In this document: positions 23,001 to 32,999 of the stretch, one piece after another
Position numbering within the stretch: position 1 is the stretch's first letter
Layout of the letters: each line of letters starts with the position of its first letter
Origin: Sminthopsis crassicaudata
Taxonomy: Eukaryota
Length of the DNA stretch: 64,000 nt
Assembly: GCF_048593235.1 (NCBI RefSeq)
Contig: NC_133619.1
Location: forward strand, 589,179,963 to 589,243,962
Reading direction: 5' to 3'
Position numbers and translations under genes: made by a program
The notes under the pieces: model-generated
What the model saw: the letters and a program-made list of their open reading frames with translations, nothing else
Told to the model about the DNA's origin: nothing
Database searches by the model: none

Positions 23001-26000
23001 AACACCCTTCATGTTCTCAAACTTCTCAGGATACTGCTATTCTGAGTTGTCTCGGAAAAGCTCACAACATTGTTTCCCAGGCATTAAAGAGGATCAATTC
23101 CAGAGTACAGAGGAAGGAGACTGGGGGCTTCTGAAGGGACTTTCTCTAAAACTCAGGATCTTAGGAGTTACTGAGGGCAGTGGTGTCAAACTCAAATAGA
23201 AATGGAAGTCACTAAATGTACATAAAGATCCTTGTAGGATGAGTCATGTTTTAAAATGGAATGCATTGTTTTATTGTATTTATTTTGTTAAATATTTCAA
23301 AGTTACATTTTGACCTAATTCTTGCTGCAATCAGGATTGTTGTGGGCTGCCAGTTTGATACTTATAACCTAGGGCATTGAGTGGTTAACAATGTGACATG
23401 TTGAGGATTACACAGCCAATGGTTGCCAGAGGCAGCAGGATGGAGTGGGTAAATTAGCCCGCCTTGGAACCAAGCACTGGGTTTGAGGTTGACCTTAATA
23501 AATAAATGTGTTGGAGGACAGAGGACATGAGCCTGATATCCCACTGGGGACAGAAAGCAAAGCGAGATGAATGCCACCTCCCTCATCAGAAGCAAGGCCT
23601 TGTGCTTTCCATTCCATTATTTATAATTATACATCAGCTGATATTTTATATAGAGCTTTGCAGTATAGGAAGTACTTTATAACTATGGTCTCATTTATTT
23701 CTCACAGTCCTATGACAGAAGAGATAAAGATAGTGATTGGGGAGTTAGTGTGAAAGTACCCAAGAGACTGATTATGCAGTTAGAGAACTTGGTCTGAACT
23801 CAGACTCTGTCACTTAGTATGTGACTATAAACAAATCATTGTACTTCCAGATTTTCATCTCCTTTGTATGGGGGCCGAGCTAGCTCATCTCTGAAAGTCC
23901 TTTCAGCTCTATATCTCTGACTCACCAGTTGAATTTCCTTGATTTATAGATCAGGGAACTGAAGCCCAATAATTGTGACTTGTCCAAGGTAACAAAGTTA
24001 AGTGGAAGGATCAGGATTGGAACTGAGGCTTCCTGAGGCCAAAGTGATCCTCTAGCCACTTCCTCTTATAAGACAAATCAACTTAGAGAATTCATTAAAT
24101 GATTCTGCTCAGTGATATCAATATTACATTGGTAAAGTATATTTGATGCGCAGCATATCTATGTCTGTTTTTAGAACTAATGGAAATAAATGCCAGAGAG
24201 AAAACAAAAGCAGATCCCACAGTTCACCCTGTTCTGACAATGCACCATAGATGGGTATTGATAAAGAATATGGCTAAGGAAAAAAAAGTACCCTCGGAAG
24301 GAGAGAAGACACTCACCTGGTCGGCCATTTCCAGAGACAAAAGCCTTTTTACAACATCATCGACCCTGTAGGGAGATCGAAATGGTGAAGAATCTCAGAG
24401 CAGATGTGGTGGTTGGTGGTGGTGGGAGTCCGGAAAATCATAGTAACCTAGAACTTCTTTCTCAAACAGATCATAAACTTCTCTAGAGAAGAGAGGTCTT
24501 CTCCCCCAAAATTAGAATAAAAGATTATGATTTTTTTTTGGGGGGGGAGGGACCATGTAGAATGATCTTCATAGCGTGACAGAAAGAAACTTAATCTGTC
24601 CTGCCACATAGGAGGCTGGCAATCAATATTAACCAGAATATGGGCAAAATCATCCAAACACATATCAAGCCTCAAATCACTTATTTTTCTATGTGTCACA
24701 ATGATAAGCAAGTGACCGAAGGGAATGGCTAATGCCTCCATCTCTCCAGATCACTTTTCTTGCTCTCTGGTTTCCTTGCGCTGTCACCAATTTGTCCCAA
24801 TCAATCACTTCCCCAAAATAGGGCCAGCCGCTTATGCTTGAATAGAAATAATGGAAAATGATCAGTTTGTGATAATGGTGATCTGTTTCTTTAAAACTGG
24901 CTTTTTCTATCTCTCTTCTCCCACATTTTGCCTCCAGACCATGACACATACGTACTTGTCAATTCCTGGGACATTTTGGTAATCTTTCATTAGTATGGAG
25001 GAAGGCAGGTCATCCATCTGGCTGCTCTGGGTGGCTAAAGCAGGCACAAAAGGAAACCATGGAAGATCAGCTCTCACCCTTGCCCATTGCCCACTGAGCC
25101 CTAAGACTGGGATATTTGGGAGCCAAGAAGATCAATGGATCTGAAAAGACTGAACAAATCTTTGAGACTCTGGGAGTTTCAGCCTATTCATGTGCAAAAC
25201 TAGAAGGTGGCAAAGGCTGCGACAGGCCTCCATGATGTTAGGGAGCAACTTATGTACATCATTTAAATCAGTCATTCATTAGTTATTCTATACTGAATGG
25301 GTGCCAGACCCTGTGCTAAATGTTGGGAATACAAAGGCAAAAGACTGCCTCTGTCTTCAGGGGTTTCCCCCTCTAAAGGGGAAGAGAACAGAGCAATAAC
25401 CATAAGCAGGAAGGTCTCAGAGGGAAGGTCCCAGATGAATGAAGAGGAAACAAAACTTTTGGGGAGACAACACAGTTCTTTCTGAATAGGGTTTTTTTTT
25501 TTTTTTTTTTTTTTTTTTTGTTGTTGTTTTTTTACCAAGGGCAGGAGGAGCAATTCTTTTTTTTAGCATGATTCACACAAGAGGCTTGGCGCGCTAGGGG
25601 GAGACCCAGTCCCCTCCTGATCCCAGCTCGTCCCCCTCCCCCCCATTCCCTTAAAGCCTGGTGGTGTTTACTGTTCACTTCAAACAACTCCATCCCTGGA
25701 GCCACGCCAGGGGTCACCTACCAGGTGTCTTGTCCGCTGCATAGGCTCGGGCTGCCCGCAGGAGGAGGCCATTTCCTAGAAAGTGAAGGGGAGATTGGAA
25801 GTGGCCCCCTTCCTCCCTCCCCCTCTTCCTTTAGCTTCAGTTCTTTCCTCCTCAGAATTCAAGGTTACTTCGTGTTTTCTTCCCGGATTTCCAGCCTCTT
25901 ACTCGTTCTCTCAAACCTCTCCGCCCGCTTTCTTTCCCGGTTCTGTCCCGTGTCCCTGCAGACTCTCCGCCCGCTTTCTTTCCCGGTTCTGTCCCGTGTC

Positions 26001-26952
26001 CCCGCAGACTCTCCGCCCGCTTTCTTTCCCGGTTCTGTCCCGTGTCCCCGCAGACTCTCCGCCCGCTTTCTTTCCCGGTTCTGTCCCGTGTCCCCGCACA
26101 CTCTCTGCCCGCTTTCTTTCCTGGTTCTGTCCCGTGTCCCCGCAGACTCTCCGCCCGCTTTCTTTCCCGGTTCTGTCTCCGCCCGCTTTCTTTCCTGGTT
26201 CTGTCCCGTGTCCCCGCACACTCTCCGCCCGCTTTCTTTCCCGGTTCTGTCTCCGCCAGCTTTCTTTCCTGGTTCTGTCCCGTGTCCCCGCAGACTCTCC
26301 GCCCGCTTTCTTTCCCGGTTCTGTCCCGTGTCCCCGCAGACTCTCCGCCCGCTTTCTTTCCCGGTTCTGTCCCGTGTCCCCGCACACTCTCCGCCCGCTT
26401 TCTTTCCTGGTTCTGTCTCCGCCCGCTTTCTTTCCTGGTTCTGTCCGTGTCCCCGCACACTCTCCGCCCGCTTTCTTTCCCGGTTCTGTCCCGTGTCCCC
26501 GCACACTCTCCGCCCGCTTTCTTTCCCGGTTCTGTCCCGTGTCCCCGCACACTCTCCGCCCGCTTTCTTTCCCGGTTCCGTCCCGTGTCCCCGCAGACTC
26601 TCCGCCCGCTTTCTTTGTCCCCGCAGACTCTCCGCCCGCTTTCTTTCCCGGTTCTGTCCCGTGTCCCCGCACACTCTCCGCCCGCTCCTCTCCTCTCCGC
26701 TGTTCCACTTCGCCGTTTTCTCTCGGCCCCGCCGCCTGGTTCCTTTCCCGGCTCTCGTTCACGGTCCTGCCTGCCGCTCCACTTCTCCCGCCCTCACCCC
26801 TCCATTTCCCAGCCCTTCTCCCCTCCCTTCCCCTCACCTGAGGGTAGCAGGGCGCGCGGAGGTCCTACGGCCACTCTGGCCGCCGGCCCTCTTGCCAGAG
26901 CCGGGACCTGAGCTTGCCCCCACAGAAGCGCCCTTCGAGCCGCCCTCAGCAT
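17021..26952 (-). CDS. MRPS15: Mitochondrial ribosomal protein S15 (uS15m), 8 coding exons, 241 aa
   Basis: Exons 26838-26952, 25722-25775, 24956-25034, 24317-24365, 22866-22950, 19124-19182, 17769-17960 and 17021-17113. All introns are GT-AG and phase-compatible; total 726 nt. Peptides include [36 protein letters not shown] and [15 protein letters not shown]...[12 protein letters not shown]. Confidence 0.96.
17475..17660. mobile_element. Old DNA-transposon MITE relic (related copies at about 21225-21570 and inverted at about 58290-58490)
   Basis: Shared motifs gttgtgaccccatatg...actgaatgtgg and ggttgtgtaaaaatttct...aaaag in three places. Confidence 0.45.
25917..26686. repeat. CpG-rich minisatellite in MRPS15 intron 1 (46-bp unit interspersed with 28-bp deletion variants, roughly 18-20 units)
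   Basis: Unit CTCTCCGCCCGCTTTCTTTCCCGGTTCTGTCCCGTGTCCCCGCAGA; the short unit lacks the 3' part. Confidence 0.95.
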
Positions 26953-28100
26953 CTCGGCCCCGAACGCCAACGAGCGACCGGACGACTCACATGGGCGCAG
27001 CCATCTTGGCTCAGGCTCAGCCAATCGAGTGCGGGTGCGGGGCAGGAGCAGAGGACGATCGAGCGCATCGATGGAAGTTTTGGCGCTTCTTTAAAAAAGT
27101 GTCAGGGAGTGGACTCAGCTCGTTCTTCAATTCTCTTCCCTCCCTGCATCACCCGGGAAATGAAACTTGAGGGGGAACCTTCAAGTACCGTTGTTCCTGA
27201 AGGGGCCGTGTCCCTCTTCTACAGCCAAGCAGAATCGGTGAATTGGGGAAGCATTTGGGGGAGACCAGCCAAGCCCTTGGTGGCTGCGGCTGTGGGATTG
27301 GGGGTGGACGGGATGGAGAAGTTGCTTGTGTCTGCACATGCCTTTCTGAAGCAATGACCTTTGCAGCCCACAAAATGTCCAGGGGAACCCCAGCTACGCC
27401 CCTGTGGAAGGGGTGAAGGCGGCCAGTCTGGCAGGTGATGGAGAATACAATTTAACGTTAGCCACATTCTCACATCAAGGGGGGGTCTTAGGCACGCTGC
27501 AGCCGGTGAGCGTCCTGGTCCTCCCCGTGGAACAGGCCGACGTACAGGCTGACATATGGCACAACATCCCTCCGGGATGAGGAAATTGGGTAAAGACGGA
27601 AGGCTGCCTTACGAAATGAACTGGCCCTCGACCTCCTCACGCTGCCCAAGGTGGTCCAGCACCCCCGATGCGGTGTACACATTCCCGATCATAGCCACAT
27701 ATTTTCCCAGCCCTGAGTCCACGAGCTCGCACATACCGGCCAATTCCACCTTCCCAGCTGGCCCCCTGAAGCTCCCCCGGAGGCGGCCGCTGACGGACTT
27801 CTTCACGGGAGCGGCTCCTGCTGCAGCCATTCTGGGGGCGGGGCACTGGCCTCCGGGATCCCCGATGTTACAGCCACGCGTACTCCGAGGGATGCAATCG
27901 TGCTTACATAAGCAGCCGCCTTCTGCACGGCGCATCCCGCTAGGTTTTGGCCCCGCAGCCACTTTTGTCTGTAACTCAGTGAACAGCAGCCCAGGATGCA
28001 GTGAGAGCTGCCGCTGCGCCTCCTTCCGCTTCTGCTCTCCCTCTCAGGTCTTCTCCTGGAATCCTAGCGGGAGCGCTTCTAAGGCAATGGATCTGACACA
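26690..28100. promoter_or_regulatory. CpG island / MRPS15 promoter
   Basis: CpG-dense. YY1-like CAAGATGGCTGC on the minus strand near 26996-27007 and CCAAT box AGCCAATCG near 27019-27027. Confidence 0.7.
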
Positions 28101-29025
28101 AACATATAGTATAACCTAATTCCTACAGATGCGCCTCTAATGCCTTGTGCAGGGAAAAGCCTTGGAGTTAACCCAACAAATAAATGAACTAAGTAGAATA
28201 TTGTTTTCCCCAGCTCCCCTACCACAAAGAAAGGAAGTAGGGAGGTGCATATGCAGACTCTGAGTTCCCCTGGCTCTCAATGATTCTGGGACTAGGTTGC
28301 CTCTGAGGTCTCTTTTAGTTCTAGCCCTTGAAATCTGGGATCTGAAGTCAATTCAATGTCCCACTTTTCAAATGAGAATTGTCCCAAGTGCCAATTCTTC
28401 CAAAGATACTCAGTATATAAAAGTGGCATCTGCATGAAAAGTGTCCCTTTCTATACAAGATTGCCTCTAATTCTAGGAGTCTCTCTAGATGATCCCCCAG
28501 AGGCCAAGCACTTTATTTTCCAAATGATTCCAAATACCTCCTAAAACTCCCTCATGGATGCTTATTCTTGCCAGAATAACCATATGGAATTATACACATG
28601 TCCATTAGGACAAGAAGACAAGTAGGTTCATTTGGAGAAGTAACAAAGAATGTCAGCTATTCTTGGAGTTTAGATACAGATAAAGAAAAATATGTATATT
28701 TTTCCTGGAGCATAGCAATTTAGCAACTCCGTATTTCTGATATTAAACACTAAAAAATATACAGAACTCTTTAGTACAGAATATACCAATAGATCAATAT
28801 TTATATGAAATTGAATAACTCAGAATATCAGTAGTTAGACAATCAACAAATGGAAAGTTTCACAAAATCGCAGCAATGGAACTGACTTGTAAGACTACTT
28901 ACTGGAAAAAAGTTTCCAAATTCCTCTAGGATCTCATGGTCTAAAGAGTCTAAAATTAAAAAAAAAAAAATCCCAAGCCGAGAATCCTTCCAGGAGCTAG
29001 CTATACCTTTCCTTCTGGTCTTAGT

Positions 29026-29285
29026 GAATTTGGTAGGACTCCTTCAATCCCTATTTTTTCAAATAGTTTACATAGCATTGGAGTTAGTTGTTCTTTAAAT
29101 GTTTGGTAGAATTCACATGTAAATCCATCTGGTCCTGGGGACTTTTTCTTAGGGAGTTGGTTAATAGCTTGGTCTATTTCTTTTTCTGAGATGGGACTAT
29201 TTAGACTACTTACTTCTTCCTCTGTTAATCTGGGCAAGCTCTATTTTTGAAGGTATTCTTCCGTTTCATTTAAGTTATCGAATTT
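29026..29285 (-). mobile_element. L1 ORF2 internal fragment
   Basis: Translates [55 protein letters not shown], the L1 RT N-terminal region. Confidence 0.92.
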
Positions 29286-29638
29286 GCCCTCCTGGCAGTT
29301 ACAATTACTAGTCTGCCCTAGGCCCAACAGAGTACCTTTGACCACTGTCCTTTGCAGTGTGAACTCTACCCGGCTCGCCTCCTCTGAGGCCTTCAAAGGT
29401 CTCTGGCCACAATCTCTTGAATCTATAGCTTAGTAACCGGTAGCGCACTCAAGAACAGCCACGTGTAATCTTAAAAGCCTTTATTATACCTACTCACATA
29501 ACGCCCTGACTTGATGCTCTGACTTGTTGGTTCCCTAGGGAACACCTGGTCAGAAGATCCACGTGTTCACTATCAAACTCCTTATCTCTCAGTTATCCAT
29601 CTGCTTGGCTTGGCTAGGCTACCCCAGGTTAGGGAGCC
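29285..29638 (-). mobile_element. Partial (R-U5) LTR of the same family as the 7880-11668 ERV
   Basis: Reverse complement aligns to the 3' ~350 nt of the 564-bp LTR with scattered substitutions (about 9 in the 3' ~230 nt); more diverged at the 5' end. Confidence 0.92.
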
Positions 29639-29649
29639 AAGTTAAGTCT

Positions 29650-29880
29650 TCTGTTGAAGACTTTAGCTTAAAAAGGCCAAGATCTCCCATTGCATCCAAG
29701 ACCATCTCCAGTCATCTTGTTCTACATTTGGCCACTGGACCCAGATGGCTCTGGAGGAGGAAGTAAGGCAGGTGACCTTGCACAAACCTCCCTTACTTAA
29801 ATTCAACTCTCTGCACGTCTTAGCATCACCTCCCTGATGTCATGGTCCTCTTTGACAATGAAGGACAAACTATTACAACT
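29650..29880 (+). mobile_element. Marsupial RTE-associated SINE fragment (a similar copy lies near 21590-21790)
   Basis: ggccactggacccagatggctctggagg...catggtcctctttgacaatgaaggacaaac 3' tail. Confidence 0.6.
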
Positions 29881-30249
29881 AAAACTACTGCTAAAGAAAA
29901 GGGCTTCATTTTATGAACTGCTAGGTTCTGTGTATAGTGCTATTCATTGTGTGAGGGCATGCAAAAATGAAAAATAGGTTCTAGTTCAAAAGGGTATTAT
30001 GCCATGTATACAAATAAGTCAGCTGCAAGGTTGATATGATAGGGACATTGAACAGAATCATACGCAATTTATACATGGTAGGCAGATGGTACCAATCTCT
30101 TGGTGGTACCATTGATTCAAACATATTTACTAAACAAGAAGGCAAAAGTAAAACTAACCAAAGCATAGCATTTTCTCAAGAGAAGCAAAAGCAGGAACAG
30201 TCAAATAATAAATAAAATCAAAACAAAATATAATAGTCTACCCATAATT

Positions 30250-30750
30250 TGGGTTACACTCTCCCACTAATGCGCACAGTATCTACATGTTTGTAAAAGT
30301 TGGCATAATCTAAGTGAAATGAACAGAACCAGGAGATCATTGTACACGGCAATAACAAGATTATATGAAGATCAATTCTGATGGATGGGGCTCTTTTCAA
30401 CAATGAGGTGATTGAGTCTAGTTCCAATGATCTTGTGATGAGGACAACCATTTATACCTAGAGAGAAGGCTGCAGGAGCTGAGTATGGATCATAACATAG
30501 TATGCATTTCATTTTCTTTCTCATTTTTTCCATTTTTTCATTTTCTAATTTTTCTTATGTAGCATGATAATTGTAAGAATATGTATAGAAGAACTGCACA
30601 TGTTTAACATATCTTGGATTACTTGCCATGAAGAGAAGAGGATGGGGGAAAGGGAGGAAAAATTTGGAGCATAAGTGTTTTTGCAAAGGTCAGGGTTGAA
30701 AAATTATCCATGCATATGTTTTGAAAATAAAAAGACTTAATTAAAAAAAA
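30250..30750 (+). mobile_element. Old L1 3' end
   Basis: gtgaaatgaacagaaccaggagatcattgtacac... followed by a marsupial L1 3' UTR and A-rich tail. Confidence 0.7.
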
Positions 30751-31089
30751 TTAGACCTTAAATATATACACACACACACACACATATAAAAGAAAGTTGG
30801 CATAATATAGGAGTGAGACATAATGGTAGGGAAAGTCAGATGCCCAAGAAACTTGTAACTGAACTGCAGGTCTTGATGTTCCTTAGAGAATATTCTGTGC
30901 CATGAGTCTCTGGCTGGATGGGATCATTCCTCTGTTGGGCCTTTCCATTCTTCTGGACAAAGCACTTCTTTGTTTCCTTCTTATGAGTAAAGCTGCATTA
31001 AATCTAAAAAACAAAAACGAGTAATGTAACATTCTTTTAATGACAAAGTAATTCTCTTCAACCTGAAATCTTTAGAGCTATGGAAGTAT

Positions 31090-31545
31090 TTCTCTCTTCA
31101 TCCAGAGATTGTAGTTGTTGCTATTGACTTGCATCTGACTTTTTTGTGGCCCCCTTTTTGGGCGTTCTGTGGCAAAGATACTGGAGTGGTTTGCTATTTC
31201 CTTCTCAAGGTCATATTACAGGTGAGGAAATTGAGGCAAACAGGGTCAAGTGACTTGTCCAGGGTCATAGAGCTAGTAAGTGTCTGAAGCTGGATTTGAA
31301 CTCATCTTCCTGAACTCAAATACTCTATCCAGGGTTTCTCAAACTACGGCCCGCGGGCCAGATGTGGCCTGCTGAGGACATTTATGTGGCTCACCAGGTT
31401 ATGGCAAATGGACTGAGGGGCAGAGACAGAGTGTGAGTTTTTGTTTTTACTATAGTCCAGCCCTCCAACAGTCTGAGGGACAGTGAATTGGCCCCTATTT
31501 AAAAAGTTTGAGGATCACTGTGCCTCTGAACCACTTACCTGCCCT
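31090..31545 (-). mobile_element. Mar1-type CORE-SINE interrupted by a hAT MITE
   Basis: ggcaaagatactggagtggtttgctatttccttctc RTE-like tail plus CORE sequence. Confidence 0.7.
31330..31520 (+). mobile_element. OC1 (OposCharlie1)-type non-autonomous hAT MITE, 191 bp
   Basis: TIRs CAGGGTTTCTCAAACT and AGTTTGAGGATCACTG, with internal gtccagccctccaacagtctgagggacagtgaa typical of OC1 MITEs. The 8-bp TSD is not cleanly recognisable. Confidence 0.7.
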
Positions 31546-32999
31546 AGAGGGAGTAGTAGAGAACAATATAATTAAGTCTATAAGACAGGTGTTTTTGACA
31601 TCTGGTTAAGGGATTCCCAAGGTATTAGTGGTTAGATTTCTCTTGAACTTGGATGGCAAAAAAAAAAAAATGACATTTTTAGTTTTAGTAACTTCTCAAT
31701 GAAATTTAGCATTTCTTTCAGTATTTTGAAATAGAGTTCCATAGCCTTTACCAGACTAGTAAAGAGGTCCATGACATAAAAAAATGATCAAGGACTCCTG
31801 ATCTTAAAAGTTTCCCCACTATCTATTTGCACACAGGTTCAGCCAGCTTTTCAAACCACAGAGGCTTCTGCTTTCCTTCAATCATCTCCCAACAGCAGAG
31901 CTCTCATCGAATCAAATTAGCTCTCAGAGCAGCTACAGAGACTGCCTGGTTTGTCAGTTCTCAAACTATAGATGATATATTAAGGCATCTGAACCCAGCC
32001 AGCTCTTCAAACATCAGTGGACTTTGCTTTCTTTAATCAGCTCCCAGCAACAGTTTTCTTCCAGTCAGCTCCCAGAAGCAAAGCCTGTTTTCTTCACTTT
32101 CATCTTAGAGAGGGGAGTCAGTTCAAGCTAAGTTGTTTCAACTCTCATTTTAATTGCTCTTTGCCTCCACATATTCTTTCTTAAAAGGGTATGTTTTTTA
32201 AATTTAGCTTTTACATACACATATTTACTCTAAGAGATATAATTACAAACATACAAACTTAGTCCTCTGGCACAAGGGGATGATTGGGGATGGATGAGTA
32301 CATAACCCCCCTTTTACCTTGCACTCCCTCAATTTCTAGGGAGGTGAAGGGGATTAGGTACCCTGCTAAACTGGGTTCCCAGAGAAGACAGTTCCAGTTT
32401 CCAAGTTCAAAATTCCCCTCAGGATCCATTTCTAGGCTCCTGGGGATTTCTGTGTTTGGGTTGGCTGGCTGGCTATACCATCTGGCCTGCAAATGGAGAT
32501 TGCCTCTCTCCTGCAGGACCCAAGGAGGATAAATAACTAGGAACAGAAACAAAACTCCTAGATTCATATCTTAGAGCTGGGGTAAAAGAGAGAGGGCAGA
32601 GGAAGAATATTTCTTTCATTAGTTTAGTTCATGCTCAGGATGAATTGAGATCTTCACCCTTTAAATGAGGCAGGAAAGAGGATAACTGTTTTTCTTCTGT
32701 CTTCAGCTTCTTCTAATCCTGTCCTGCTCTGTCCTGTCTTGTCTGTTGATCTCCATGAACTCTTCTGCTTCAAACCAGCACTAATAGTGTGAAGCAACCC
32801 ATCTCTAGCTTATATAGCTATTACACAATGTCCCATAGTCCCCAAACTGTTCATTGAGATGATTTCCCAACAATAAACTACAAAATCTTGAAAGCAATGG
32901 TATTTAAATTAGCTGCTGGGAAACTGTGCAGCAGCCAGCTTTATGATTAGTACTTTTGGCTTTGAGCTGCTTTCAAATAGATCCTCCATGTGTATTCAT

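Noticed and set aside
25725-27170. Long ORFs of 232-481 aa on both strands
   Set aside because: They result from a stop-free tandem repeat inside MRPS15 intron 1; the translated repeats are low-complexity in every frame.
27556-28119. 187-aa plus-strand ORF as a protein-coding gene
   Set aside because: No recognisable homology or domain, and long ORFs are expected in GC-rich sequence; kept only as an unexplained region.
31830-32900. Possible old LTR or enhancer-like unique sequence between MRPS15 and CSF3R
   Set aside because: No termini, TSD or family could be supported from the sequence alone.
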